The notes under the pieces: model-generated | What the model was told of the DNA's origin: nothing | The model's input: only the letters and a program-made list of their open reading frames with translations | Database searches by the model: none | DNA from: Octopus vulgaris | Taxonomy: Eukaryota | DNA: 64,000 nt | Direction: 5' to 3' | Assembly: GCA_951406725.2 (NCBI GenBank) | Contig: OX597824.1 | Coordinates: 59,892,001-59,956,000 of the forward strand | Program-made: the position numbers and the translations under genes | In this document: piece after piece, positions 50,711-64,000 of the stretch | Position numbering within the stretch: position 1 is the first letter of the stretch | Layout: each line of letters starts with the position of its first letter

Positions 50711-52305
50711 ATGGCATCACTAGAAGCCATACTTTCCAACGGATGTAGTGCACCAACTGACCCAGCTCCAACAGGTCAGGGGTCACTTCAACGACCTGCT
50801 AGCCAGCAACAAGCAACATCCTCATTGATATCGTTATCTGACCTAATTCCACCCAACACTACCGTGGCAAGCCAGGACTCACTACCACAACAACAGCCTG
50901 CTACTGCTACTACATTGGAAGCCCCTTGTTTGGCACCACTATCTGACCGGAATCCACCCAGCCCTATTGTTGCAAGTCATGTTTCACTGCCGCTACAGCA
51001 ACAACAACAACAACAGTCTGCTACTGCTACTACAATAGGACCACTAACCAACGAGCCTGTCAGTATAGAAAAACATGTACTACGCCCACGACAAAAACCC
51101 TGTCGTTACGATTCTCAAGGCAACTGTAGATTTGGTCCCAGCGGCACCAACAACAAGGGACGTTGTGCTTTTTTCCTTCCTACCTTACGACGTAGACTTG
51201 TTAGGGGCACCTGCCCATATGGTATAACGGGAAAAATCTGCCCTCACCTCCATCCCAAATACTGTCCTAAATACAGAGTCCATGGCCCTGATCCTAAATA
51301 TGGATGTACCTTCATCCATCCTAAACTGTGCCAAACTTCTGTGTCACTAAGGATGTGCTTGAACCCAGAATGCAACTACCACCATCTGAAGGGCACAAAA
51401 CGATCGAAAAATAAATATAAACAGCAACATAGGAGACCTACGACAACAACAAAAACAAAATACAACCACCTTTCACCTCCTACAACCAAACAACGAAGAC
51501 AGAACTATGGAAAAACCATAACATAAACATGAACTATGTCTCCTCTGACCAAGTGACAAACCAAAGAGGCAACTCTTTTTTACTAACTTATCTAGAAAAT
51601 ATGAAGGCCGACCTAAGCCAGGAGATCCAACGAGCTATCAGCAACTATTTATGCAAATCACAAGGAACACTCACCCACTACCAACTAGAAAACATACACA
51701 CAGCTCCATACAAAAACTACCCTCATTGCTACCACTGAACAACTTAAAACATAACTTAGAACAATGCAAACATCAAACTACCCTTACCTCGACATTCCTG
51801 TTAAATGTACGTGGCATCAACCCATGAATCATTGCCCAAAAATGGAAAATCCCATATATAGAGAGTTAGCTTGCCGAAACGGCACATTGCTTCCCTTTTT
51901 TTATCCTTACTGAAACTCACCTAAACAACACCCGCATGGATGCCGAGGTGAAAATAAAAGATTTCACCATCGTCCGTGCAGATTGCACAGACCGAAATAA
52001 AGGGGGGACGACCATCTTTCTCCATGACTCCTTTTCAGTTGATGCCAAGGACATATTTGCCAATGGCTATTGTGAATCTATATCACTATTCAACAAGGCC
52101 AAAGACATAATCATTGATGGTTTTTACAGGCCTCCCCAAGCACCTCTAAAGTGCTTTCAAACGTGCCTCAACAAAATCAAGTCTTTCCTTCAAAAATACA
52201 ACTCCGGAAACATACTAGTGATGGGTGATTTTAATCTCCCTCATATAAACTGGCCCACAAATACTCTGAAGTTAAGCAAATGCTCTACATCAGATAGGCA
52301 TGTGT
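50711..52305 (+). mobile_element. CR1/L2-group LINE 5' part: ORF1 with tandem CCCH-like zinc fingers + APE endonuclease start of ORF2 (decayed, 3'-truncated)
   Basis: ORF1 carries CPYGITGKICPHLHPKYC..CTFIHPKLC..CLNPECNYHH. ORF2 carries LLNVRGIN, LTETHL, RNKGG, FYRPP and VMGDFNLPHINW. Confidence 0.75.
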
Positions 52306-54704
52306 CCGTCCTGATGCGTCAAAGACTTGATCGTGGTTTTGTTTCCACGTCATGTCTCTATCGTTCAGGCCTATCGGACGGCTTTAGTTCCTTCGTGTTT
52401 TAGCGCACGAGCCTTAGCTCTGACAACGCACCCTTCGTGTTTCGCCTCAAAGAAATTGCCAAGGGCCATTCTCGCCGCTAACACGTCGGTCGTGATGCTT
52501 TTACTAATAGCCTCTTCTAGTTTGCTAACTAGTTCTCCCTCTAATCTATTTCTTTCTATTGCTAAATCTTTGCTAAACGCTATCGATTCTACTGTAATCG
52601 CTCTCTTCAGAGCGATTCACCACCGGTTGACACTAGCTCCCGTCAACTGCCGCTTAACTAGTTCACTAATCTGGTCCCTGTAATCTTTGCGAGCCGGTAA
52701 AGACGCATTCAACTTCCATTAACAGGGTCCCTGTCTACGGGTCTTATTTAAATCGACCGAGCATATCACAAATTTGTGATCTGTGTAGCTGACCAATTTA
52801 AATTGTGGACAACTTATGCTATTCCTATCTTCTGACCTAACAAATACTCTATCTAAATGTGACGTGGATGACCCGCTGTGGTTGCTCCATGCCCACACTG
52901 GCACATCAGGGAAAACCAGTCGATACCTGTCAGAAAGTTGGAAAATCCTGAGCAGGTTTTCGAGGCATTTACACCCCTTCTACTATGTACTAAACCCACA
53001 GTCTTTCCGTGCATCCAAAATACTATACCAGTCCCCCACTAGTGCGAGACGTTCCCAAGAATGTTTCTAGACGCCTAAAGAAATCTAGCCTTCCAACCCC
53101 TGTTGGAGCATGATCCGCCACCAGTCTAAAGGCGCCACCTTCGCTGCCATTCATGTCCAGGACCACCACCCTACCACTCGGCTCCAGGAAGATAGCCCGT
53201 GCTTGGAGATCCAAGGATTTCCGGAGTAGCACTGTTACACCGCCACCCGCTCCCAATAGACCACAAGATGAGAATACCTCGTAGTCCTCGAAAATGGATG
53301 TTAGAGGACCTCGATTTTCGAGAAGCTCAGAAGTTCCGGGCCTCTTTAAAAGCGAAAATTTTTTAAAAGGCCCTTTCAACAGCCTTTTATCAACAGATTT
53401 TTTTAAATCCCCACACCACCTGGGATTTTTTTTATTACAGCTTTATAAACATCTGACGACGTTTTAATTAGAAGTCTGCCCTTGGGGGTTTTGAGGATGA
53501 AATCCTCAAATTCCTTTCCCCCTGTCTCTATTTTGTTTTTGTTTTGACTTACAAAATTCATCAATATACAGTGAAATTGATGGATACATTTCGTCAACAG
53601 TCAGATGAATATTTTTGAAGTTCTGTAATTGGTTGTTTCTGTGATTTTATGATGTTACTGTTTTTGAAGTTGTTGATCTTGTTCTTGTTATTTTTGTTGG
53701 AGTGGCTGTGAATTGTGTTGCAGTTGTAGTTTCAGAATAAGGCTTTGTTGATTTCTTAGAGTAGAGCTACCCATTTTTGTCACTGTGATCCATTGATTGT
53801 TCAGCTCTTCTTTCTCCATGTCATTGTAGTTGATGTTGGTTTAGGAGGAAAAGCATTCAGGAGAAACTTGCTTTTCCGTAGCAACCGAAGGTGGACTCTT
53901 TCTTTGTCTTGGTTTGGGAGCGGGTGTGGGAGTACGTGTAGGAGTCTTGAGCACTTGCTTATGATTTTGCACTCGTGGTGTTTGTAATGTTGGCAGCAAT
54001 GGGACTTTATTTTTCCTTGTTTCAGGACAGAAAGCCTTTAAGTGATTTACAGATCCACATATGTGACATCTTGGCTTTCTACCCTCCATGAATACTGACA
54101 GATGAGCACCATCCGAGAGATCGATTAGATCGGGCAGCTGGTCGATATGGTCCTACCTGCATTGCAAGATCAGTTCTATACCTATATCTAACCAGTTTTG
54201 GTTAACTAGTTTCTTGACCTCCAATATTGTGACTTCGTCTTCTTCTAAATTTGCTAAAACGGCCGCCACTAACCAGATAATGGATATTTCTGGCGGCACA
54301 TTCAGCACCCTAATCTTGGCAGGGCATTGGCCGTGATAGCTGGGGATTAAGAAAAAGTTGTCATTCCTCAAAGTGGTTGCGGAATTACATCTAGCTTCTT
54401 CTTCTGTTCCAAATCTCATCTCAATAGTTCCAAACTTCTTTCCTAGGGTGATGTGGGCCTTTTGTTCCAAAACGTGCCCAAGGCATTTTTGTACTTCCCT
54501 CTCAGGAGCATTTTCCACCCGCCAAGATTTGACTGCGATATTTTCTATCACGTCGGATGGAGGGTTTAGAGCCGCCCTTTTCCCATCTCTTTTTACAATC
54601 TTTCTTACCAATTTTAATTCTTCTTCATCTACGTGAAAACTTTCCATATTTCCCGCCGCAGACGCAGAAGCGATATTTACGTTTTTATGTTTCATTTCAT
54701 TCGT

Positions 54705-54757
<53 letters not shown>

Positions 54758-55955
54758 GGTGGTGGTGGTGGTGGTGGTGGTGGTGGTGGTGGTGGTGGTG
54801 GTGGTGGTGGTTGTTGTTGTTCTTGTCGACACCAAAAGTTTTGACGTTGCTTAGAGACGAAGCATTTTTCGCCATCGTCCTACCTCTCCAGGAGCCCAAC
54901 CACAAACTCACTGATTTATCGGAGTTGACTTTAGCCCCTACAACTGACTCATATTCCTTTAGGATAGTACCGACGGTCTCCATTTCGGACGTATCCGACA
55001 CCATGACAGTGATGTCGTTCGCGTATACCGACACTGCCCTTCCTTGTCTCAGTTCGAAAAGAATGCCCCTTAGCTGTTCCAACTTCCACAGTAGTGACTC
55101 GAGTGCCAATACGTACAGAAGAGGTGACACATCGGGCAGCCCTGACGGACAGGGCGTGCGATGCCAAACGGTTCCGATACTGGTGCCACTGTGCATTGTA
55201 GTGATCCAGCTTCAGAAAATGGGTCCGAAACTGCCTGTTTTCAGGACGGTTTCCAAGTAGCGATAGTCGACCCTATTGAATACTTTCGATTGATCAAAAT
55301 TTATTAGAGCACCCCCGAAGCCAGTTTTAGTCCTAGCCCTCTCTATGATGTATCGCATAAGGTGAAGGTTGTCGTGGATAGACCTGCTCGGGATTGCGCA
55401 CGTTTGCGCTTCTCCGATCAGGCTACAGACAACAAGTGCCAGCCTCTTCGCTCACACCTTGGCCAAAATCTTAAACTTTGTGCTTAGCAGAGCAATGGGC
55501 TGAAAATTCCCTACTACATCTCCATTATCGGCGTCCTTCCTCATTAGTGTCACCGCATCTCGGCTAACAGCACTAGAAATTCTCCCGTTCTGTTTCCAGT
55601 TGCAGTAGACGTCTGCCAAGAGATCACCAAACAAATCTGGCATGAATACATAGAATTCATAGGGCAGACCATCCAAACCGGGTGATCTGCAACTTGTGCA
55701 ATCGCTCATCGCCTCCCGAATTTCAGCGGCTGTTATCGGTTTTTCACATGACCTCGCGTCAGCTGCCGAGAGCCACGACAGGCCGTCCAGATGCGAACGA
55801 AAGTTCAGTACCGTCGTTGACCCCTCACCATCTCCAAACAGCTGCGCGAAGTGCTGCTGAAAAGCTGCACACATCTGCTCGGAGCCGAGTAGCACGCGCT
55901 CATCTCGATCCGTCAAAGACTTGATCGGAGTTTTGTTCCGCGTCTCCACCGTACA
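52306..55955 (-). mobile_element. Two head-to-tail Tx1/L1-group LINE remnants (RT fragment | microsatellite | ORF1 + APE fragment)
   Basis: RT: SPGLDGLPYEFY, QPIALL, DQSKVFNRVD, SPLLYVLALE and YANDITV (55955-54850). ORF1: KKFGTIEMRF, VPPEI and CHICGSVNHLKAFC (54690-53800). APE: GGGVTVLL, HLDRVFV and TDHKFV (53290-52310). Confidence 0.75.
54705..54820. repeat. Compound (GTT)n(GGT)n(GTT)n microsatellite
   Basis: Read directly from the sequence. Confidence 0.95.
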
Positions 55956-56896
55956 GCACGATATTGGTTCAAGAATTTCGTAGCGGTGACGAGAGCTTTG
56001 AAGATGATAAACGCAGTGGTCGGCCATCGGATGTTGACAACGATCAACTAAGAGCCTTAGTCGAAGCCAATCCACGCATTACTGTTCGAGAGATTGCTTC
56101 CGAATTAGACGTAACATATACGACAATTTCCAACCACTTAAAAGAGATTGGGAAAACAAAAATACTTGAGAAATGGGTGCCGCATGAACTGAACGACAAA
56201 AAAAACGCCGTTTTGAAATGTCATCTTCCCTTCTTTTACGACCGGATTGTGACTTGCGATGAAAAATATATTCTTTACTACAACCGGTGACGCTCAGTGG
56301 TTGGACGCCGATGAAGCTCCACGGCACTTCCCGAAGCCAAAATTGCACCAAAATAAGGTCATGGTGACTGTTCGGTAGTCTGCGTTCGGTTTCATCTATC
56401 ACAGCTTTTTGGATCCAGGTGAAACCATTACGTCGGAGAAGTACTGTCAGCAAATGGATGAAATGCATAAGAAACTCCGACAACAGCCAGCATTGGTCAA
56501 TAGAAAAGGACCAATTCCTCGTCACGACAACGCTCGGCCGCACGTCACACAACTGTCCCTGCAGAAGTTGGACGATTTGGGCTACGAAACTCTGCCTTAT
56601 CCTCCATACTCACCAGACCTCTCGCCTACCGACTACCACTTTTTCAAGCGTCTCAACAACTTCCTGCGTGAGAAATGCTTCAAAAAAACAAGATGATGCC
56701 AAACTTCTTCAACGACTTCATCGTCACCAGAACGCAGGATTTTTATGCTACTGGCATAAATAAACTTGTTTCACGTTGGCAAAAGTGTGTTGATTCTGAT
56801 GGTGTTTATTTCGATTTATATAACTTTGTTTGAGCTGAGATATGTGCATCTAAATTTAAAGGTTAAAAACCGCAAGAACTTTCTTGACAACCTATT
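55956..56896 (+). mobile_element. mariner transposon, 5'-truncated, decayed transposase
   Basis: EFRSGDESFEDDKRSGRP, WVPHEL, RIVTCDEK, HDNARPH and YSPDLSPTDYHFF. 3' TIR-like AAAACCGCAAGAACTTTCTTGACAACCTATTA. Confidence 0.9.
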
Positions 56897-56926
56897 ATGA
56901 AATAAAACATACATATATGTATGCAC

Positions 56927-56957
<31 letters not shown>

Positions 56958-57329
56958 TGTATGTATGTATGTATGTATGTGAAGCCCAGTTACAACTACA
57001 GCCAGCTATTACCAGTAAAGGTTTTAGTTGCCAATTTTGTACAAGACATTGTAGATCTTTAGCTGGGCTAAAAAGTCACATTCGATCACAGCACCAGTAA
57101 CAGTTATGCTTCGTGCAATGGCCATACTCGATAACGAAGGGGCAGCCATAATAATAATGCATGTATGTATGTATGTATGTATGTATGTATGTATGTATGT
57201 ATGTATGTATGTATGCATGCATGCATGCATGTATGTATGTATGTATGTATGTATGTATGTATGTATGTATGTATGTATGTATGTATGTATGTATGTATGT
57301 ATGTATGTATGTATGTGTATATACGTATA

Positions 57330-58508
57330 CAGAGTACGTGAGTTATTTCAGAACAACACTTTTAAGGATCATATGTGGGCCAAACATTAAGTAAATATTC
57401 CCTTTTTTCAGCCCCAGCATGAAACTATTGAATGTAACATAGACAATGGAAAGGTATGCCGTTCTCGTCATCATCGGTGCCAACCACGACGATTCTGAGA
57501 TTACAACTTTCTTAAATGCCATCAAGTTCTTTGTGTTTAAGATCAGAAAAAAGCTCCTAACCTTTGACGGGAATGTGTCTTTTGTGGCCCAATAGAATAA
57601 AATATCTTCAATTGTCAGACATGGTTATAAAAATCAAGTTTGTCCGACAAGTTCAGGGCATTGACAAATCAATGAGAGTCATTGGCAAACATCTCTATGT
57701 GGTGTGGCTCAAAGATTAGACACGATGTGCATGAAAATATCAGGCACAAATCCTATGTTATTAGAAAAGGAAAGTTCATGTCCAAGAAAACCCAAAAGAA
57801 TTGCGTGATTTAGTTTAGAAACGCTTGCTGAACAAACTCAAGTAGTCCAAGGAACCCAAAATGCTTTGGTTTTTCAAGTGAGAAGAATTTTGCCCGAGAT
57901 CAGAAAATGAACGTGCGAATGACAGATGATTTTGCACCAGCCCTTCTGAAGTCCTCGCTCTTATACACACATCAAGTTCCCATCGTCTGTGATAGTCTTG
58001 GAAATCGTTAGCAATGAGGGTCCTGCCATGCTTCCTCACTGTTCTTAGGGTCAATGTAACAGCCCCCATCGAGACAATGGTAGTTAAGCCGTGGATTAAA
58101 GAAGTTGCTCGAAGGCGGCCGTACGCGTTCCATCAAGATTCTGCCTTTTACACAAACTGCACAAGCCAGGAGTGGATGGCCGAACATTTTTATGATCATG
58201 TCACACCACACTATTGACCTCCTAACGTCGTTAAGAGGGAGACTAACAAGTAAGCCCCCAATACCAAGGACTTGTTGATGTCTGCAATTAAGGGCGCATT
58301 TAATCGTTTCAGAAACTTTATCGAAGTAGTAATAGAGACTGATGTCCTTACCAAAATAGTAATGGAGACTGATGTCCTTTTTGTTGCATAAGTTTTTGCT
58401 ATGTGCATGCAAGAATGTGTACCAAATTCTATATAAATATAAAGGATTTTCTAATAAACAGCATGGCTTTTTAATTTATTTTTTTCTCTTAATAGCTGAC
58501 GTACTGTG
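57330..58508 (+). mobile_element. Decayed Tc1/mariner-superfamily element
   Basis: TIR-like ends CAGAGTACGTGAG / CTGACGTACTGTG. Remnant VVKPWIKEVARRRPYAFHQDSA..SQEWMAEHF. Confidence 0.6.
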
Positions 58509-59399
58509 CGGTGGGGGGTGAGTCCGCACATGCTCGTACATAGATACACAGATATATGTACACAAGAATATAAAAACATACATATATGTATGCATGTATG
58601 TATTGAAAACACACTAATATCTAAGATTAATATTATTGATTACGAGATATTTCTCTATAAGTTCTTTATATCCAGTTTGGAATAATAAAGTTTTAAGTCT
58701 CTTAACGATTCGAGACCTTGACCTCGTCATCTAAATTCAACAATGATAATAATAGAGTATCGTTGTATCATAGGAATGTTAGAACTGATAAAACTGCCAT
58801 CGCTGGATTTAGAATAGTTTAACTTTTAACTCCTGGCTATTTTCATATTGTATTTCACGTGCGCTGTGTTTTTTTGTGTTTTATTTTTAATAAAGATTAA
58901 CTGTAATTAATCTTCAAATTCTATAGACGATATCTCTTCTGCCAAGCTTTGTTTTATACATTGTATTAAATGTTAACATTAATAAACTTTGTTCCAGACA
59001 AAATTTGATAAAAGATCGCTCTCATTGTGAGAATCAACATAAATAGGAATTTATTTAAAACAACGCATGGTTTGACAGAAGCAGGTCATTAATAAATGTT
59101 TAAATAGATAATATAAAAGAAAAGATACAGCTGTTGCCATAAAATAAGAAAAACGATATTGCATTGTACGCGTGTGTGTACGTGTATGTGTATGGAAAAA
59201 TATATGTATTTACAGATGTATTAGCCTCAGATTTGGGGTTTCCACATTTATGGTCTTACCCTTTGCCCCTGGGTAAGAGATAGGTGTGTAGCGTGACACA
59301 AGAAGCCAGTGCCATTTAGCACGAGATCTCGCCGGCAGCCATTACCATGTCCGAGACCACAGAGAAGATCTCGTGGGCAACATCTATTTAATGAGGCGT

Positions 59400-60050
59400 A
59401 TTAATAAAATCCATCCTCTCATGCATTCGCGCTCGCGCTGAGCAACACTGCAAACTGGCAGCTCACAGCAGATTCTGGTCCTGTTCTAACTTCACCCGTT
59501 ATCTCCAGAGGTAATGTACCTCACATGAACGGAGCTGTAACGAACTACGCGCTGCCATACAGATAGTCGCCGGAAGCGAACCCCATGAACGAGAACTAAA
59601 TAAACAACCATTGAATTGCATCCGCTTGTAAGCTTCTTTCGAGTTCCAGATCCTAAGACTACAGAAAATAATTGCAAAGGGAGAACGAGAAAACTCTACA
59701 AGTATCATGAACCTTCGAGTCCCATTATAGGTGTTTCATCTGGGACTTATTTGCTTTCTTCCCACGACCAGGTGTTGCAATAAATGGCAGGATCATTGCT
59801 TCTGTAGCTGAACGGAACAAAATCCTGACGTATCGGGACCTGTCAGTGAACTGTCTCTTCCAGCCTGTGGCGTTTGAGACGTCTGGAGGGACTGGACCGC
59901 TAACAACGAAGTTCTTGTCATCGTTGGTGGCTCGCCTTACTGAGGTGTCAGGTGATAACCGTGAGGTTGCTCGGCTGTTCCAACGTCTTAGACTCACCAT
60001 CGCTCGTGGTAATGCCGCGAGCGTGTTGGCCTGTTTCAGTAGGTTCCGTT
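59400..60050 (+). mobile_element. CRE-clade non-LTR retrotransposon 3' remnant (restriction-like endonuclease)
   Basis: AERNKILTYRDLSVNCLFQPVAFETSGGTG..SGDNREVARLFQRLRLTIARGNAASVLAC. Confidence 0.7.
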
Positions 60051-60529
60051 GAACCTTGTGGTGTGCGACCAGTTGAGACATTTGGTGTTGAACTGGTGTT
60101 TATTTTTTTGTTCTTTCTTCCTCTTTCCTTCCTTTTCTCTCCCGGTTCTGGATTTTTATTTTTAATGTGGTTTTGTATTTTATATGTATCATATATACAC
60201 GTGTTATATTCCAATAAAAGCAAATATCTATTTGAAAACAGCATCATATTAATTATTATATGGTACTGCATGTAGCCAACTCTATACTTTTCGCATTTGG
60301 TATCCAATACAGTGAAACGACCAGCAAATTTGCTGCCAAAATGGCGACAGCTCCCTGTCAACATACTGTCCGAACACGAGAGCTTAAAAATAAAGAAAAA
60401 GCGCTGGTGTCGCTCCCACAGCATTAACACCACATAATATAAGCTGCCCCAAAGAGGTCTAACATTTAGAAGTTATCTTGAATTAATCTCAAATCCCCTA
60501 CTCTTCTGGTATCTACGTGCCCATGAAAC

Positions 60530-63198
60530 TGTAACGAACTTAGTGAATATATCTTCTCTTGTACTTTCGGGGTACAAGAGGCAATCACTAGCCGTTGCTT
60601 TAATAATCCAGAATTCTACCAGTCAGAAACAACAAGACGCAGACGTAAAAAATATATATACTACTTTATTCTCTAATGTGGTAACAGTAACAATAAGTGG
60701 TTATCTGGTATCCCTTTGGTATAAATGTGTCAGTGCTGAACATTATCGCTGTAAAATAAGAAAGTGTTCAAATGCAAAACGACACTGGTCAAAGATGGCG
60801 TCCGGAACAGGGAGATGTGGTCTGCAACAATTTGGTTAAAGGCCTTTTGGTATGGTGCTACTAGAATCAAGTTCGGACGGAGAAAAAATATACGTGACCG
60901 TCGCCTTCAGTCGCTGCTGTCTCAAGTCGCTGCTTGCTGGACGCTGGTGGTCAACGTCTTACGATCCCCTTGCCTCGGCTAACTGCTACGTAGGCAAAAG
61001 GGTTCTTCTTCCGGTGGTGAAAGCACCAACCCCGCACGCGCGAAATACAAATGGACGGTGCGCGAGCGCGCGCCGTTGTATAGGATCACTACAGAGCTCC
61101 ACCCCAGTGCGTAAGCACGACACAAAATTCCCTGTAGTGACTATAAAACTCAAGGTGGATACCAGATAACCAAACAGCACACAATATAATAAAATGGCAA
61201 AATTTATAACATACACAAGAAATTTACTAAAGGAAAAAAAATACTCAAAATGAGCAAAATTCAAAAGTGCATGCATGAAAGTGTATACGTCACAAAGTAT
61301 AAACCCTTCCGCTGAAAGGAGCGGAGGGAAAGCAAAACTCACAGTCAATGAACCTAGGCGAAATTAAAATCCAACTTCTCTAAAGGTGGTTGGTCCTGCG
61401 AAATAGCAGTTAAATCAATTGCTGCAGGAGAGGAAATGGAATCGACAGATAGATCACTAGTAACACAAAAGCAAAAGTGCAAGCATGCTGGTGTGATGCG
61501 CGACACAGATAATTTTCTCTGTTAATTACGTGACCAACAGGAGTCTAACAGGGAAAAATAATTACGCCCATACATAGGCGCAGCGCATGTGAACATCCGA
61601 CATTCTATGAGTCGGGAAAAGAATTAAGCTAACGCAAACGTGTTGCAAAAAACAAGGCAATACACGTGCGAAGCAAAGGCGCATGAAATGCAATAGTGCT
61701 TCCCAGACCGAAAAACAGCAATGAATATGCCAGTAGTTGAGCGATTATATGCCTCGTTCGTACAGGAACAAAGGTATGGCATGCCGGCGCGTTATAATGG
61801 ACAAACAACCCTCTCTATGTATACGTGACCCCTAGGGTCTATAGAAATGAGGTGTGTCCACAAAAGGCATATTTAGCATGGAAAAAACAAGCGAGAAAAG
61901 CATGTGTGACGTATGTATGTGAGAGATAGCATTTATGTGTGTGTACGTGTGTGCGACAAAAATACATACAAGGTGAAATGCGAGCAAAAAAATAAATACA
62001 GCGCATAGAAAAATGTCTCTCAAGGCTATCTCAGACAATGGAGTTAATTTACCAGTCTCTAATAGCCTGATGCACAATAGCAGTTCGTTCTGTAACAGAA
62101 TGTTGAGATCACAAATGCAGATGCCGATTGGACACATATCGTGTAACGGTTGTGGCTTCAATGCTGTGACAGGTTAACTGGAACAGAAGAATCTCGTAGA
62201 TAGACGGTGCTGTTAATCCTTGGTGTGCATATGCACAAACAGCGTGCACGCTAAAGTTCCGCGAGTTGCTATGTACATCTTGTGGAGGTCGACGGTGTTG
62301 AAAAGCGACGGTGGTGGAAAGGCGACTGTAGTGGACTTGAGACAACATCGTTCTTAGTGATGATGGCGACGAAGATAACGACGACGTGAAGTAGAAAGAC
62401 GACGATGGCGATGACGAAGGTGGAGAAAAGGCATCGTTGATATGATGGCGTTCGTCATCATGGCTGTAGAATAAGAAAGAGGCTCCTTCTACAACTGTTT
62501 GTGGTGGCCGGAAACAAATCGTCGAAAGATGATGACTGCGTAGAGTTAAATCGTGTTCCGACTTCGCAGAAAAACTGGATGTCTTTGTTGTTAAGTGATC
62601 TCTGGTTTTAGACCAGAATCACGTCGGGGTCACCACTGTAACGAACTTAGTGAATATATCTTCTCTTGTACTTTCGGGGTACAAGAGGCAATCACTAGCC
62701 GTTGCTTTAATAATCCAGAATTCTACCAGTCAGAAACAACAAGACGCAGACGTAAAAAATATATATACTACTTTATTCTCTAATGTGGTAACAGTAACAA
62801 TAAGTGGTTATCTGGTATCCCTTTGGTATAAATGTGTCAGTGCTGAACCTTATCGCTGTAAAATAAGAAAGTGTTCAAATGCAAAACGACACTGGTCAAA
62901 GATGGCGTCCGGAACAGGGAGATGTGGTCTGCAACAATTTGGTTAAAGGCCTTTTGGTATGGTGCTGCTAGAATCAAGTTCGGACGGAGAAAAAATATAC
63001 GTGACCGTCGCCTTCAGTCGCTGCTGTCTCAAGTCGCTGCTTGCTGGACGCTGGTGGTCAACGTCTTACGATCCCTGCCTCGGCTAACTGCTACGTAGGC
63101 AAAAGGGTTCTTCTTCCGGTGGTGAAAGCACCAACCCCGCACGCGCGAAATACAAATGGACGGTGCGCGAGCGCGCGCCGTTGTATAGGATCACTACA
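60530..63198 (-). mobile_element. Young non-autonomous Gypsy-type LTR retrotransposon
   Basis: Near-identical ~560-bp LTRs at 60530-61093 and 62637-63198 (TGTA...TACA). PBS TGGTGACCCCGACGTGATTC (62635-62616) matches the tRNA-Trp 3' end, and PPT-like TGGGGTGGAG lies next to the other LTR. The 1.54-kb interior has no retroviral ORF. Confidence 0.9.
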
Positions 63199-63249
63199 AA
63201 AGTTTGTTATTTAAAACAATGTATATATGTATAAAGCTGTATCTTTTCA

Positions 63250-63907
63250 ACAAATTCAAGCAAGGTTTAGCAGATTCGGTTGAGCATCAAATATAATATT
63301 TTGCTTAACCTATTTACTGTTACTTTCCTAAAGTAAACCTCTTTCTGTATGCATGTTCATAAATCATACAAGACATCACTGTGTCACGTGTAATACGAAT
63401 TTCAAAGAGCTTTCAGGACTCAAAAGCCACTTACAGGTTCATGCACGAAAGAAAAACAAAACCGCCTTAAAAGAAGTGGACAAGCTTTGAATAAGAGGAG
63501 ACCACATTTCTCGTTATTCATTGTGTTGAGTGCCATTTCCGTTTGTCCACTCAATCGCGTACATATATACACACCCAAAATGTGTGTGTGTGTGTGTGTG
63601 TGTATTATGAATAATGCATTGTTTGAAGTAATACGTATATAGAGAATTTCTATGAATTGATCACTAAGTCGCTATCATTCGAGCAATGCTTTCTAGCATG
63701 CACGAACACGTAGGCAGCTCTTGAGTCCCGAAAGCTGTTTGAAATTCGCATTACATGTGACACAGTGTTGTCTTGTATGAGTTATGAACATACATACAGA
63801 AAGTAGGAGAGGGAGGGGGAAGGTTTACTTAGAAAAATAACAATAAATAGATTAAGCAAAATATATCCGATGCTCAACCGAATCTGCTAAACCTTGCTTG
63901 AATTTGT
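63250..63907. mobile_element. MITE-like element with a 39-bp perfect inverted repeat
   Basis: ACAAATTCAAGCAAGGTTTAGCAGATTCGGTTGAGCATC (63250-63288) and its reverse complement (63869-63907), extending imperfectly inward. Confidence 0.7.
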
Positions 63908-64000
63908 AATTTTAAGAACGTTCTAAAATTTGATTTCAGTTACCTTCCCTGTAAATAAGAAACATGCCAGTTATCGCCCTTAATAGACTGGCACCTTGCT

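Noticed and set aside
24620-53460. Other CTGANGA heptamers (e.g. 26322, 34023, 45282, 53452, and minus-strand ones near 24625 and 43750)
   Set aside because: No stem II followed by GAAA and no closing stem I could be formed.
54153-55196. 347-aa ORF with poly-His and poly-Asn
   Set aside because: Chance fusion of an RT remnant, a triplet microsatellite and the ORF1 of the next LINE copy.
56925-57320. ORFs of MYVC repeats
   Set aside because: (ATGT)n microsatellite translations. The same applies to the many short HT/YI/VC-repeat ORFs in the track.
62616-62635. Sequence identical to a tRNA-Trp 3' end including CCA
   Set aside because: Only ~20 nt and adjacent to an LTR, so it is a primer-binding site and not a tRNA gene.

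Overview
AT-rich, repeat-saturated animal DNA. The SINE and (TA)n/(CA)n landscape resembles an octopus/cephalopod genome (inference). Only one host gene is evident: a UDP-glucuronosyltransferase whose whole CDS is one exon (46154-47683, +). The rest is mostly transposable elements: CR1-, Tx1-, R4/Dong-, RTE- and CRE-type LINE remnants, Gypsy-type LTR elements, Chapaev3, pogo, mariner/Tc1, Helitrons, MITEs and SINEs. The first 24 kb is the most interesting part. It is a (TA)n-targeted cluster of Penelope-like elements (PLEs): a near-complete Neptune-type copy with ~955-bp pseudo-LTRs, and two Hydra-type copies. It also holds two related ~350-nt non-coding hammerhead elements (retrozyme-like) whose junctions point to a circular or tandem RNA template. 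I read seven type-I hammerhead ribozyme motifs directly from the sequence, several with unusual catalytic-core variants, plus an H-type pseudoknot at the apparent 5' end of an RTE-like LINE. All calls were made by eye and none were database-checked.
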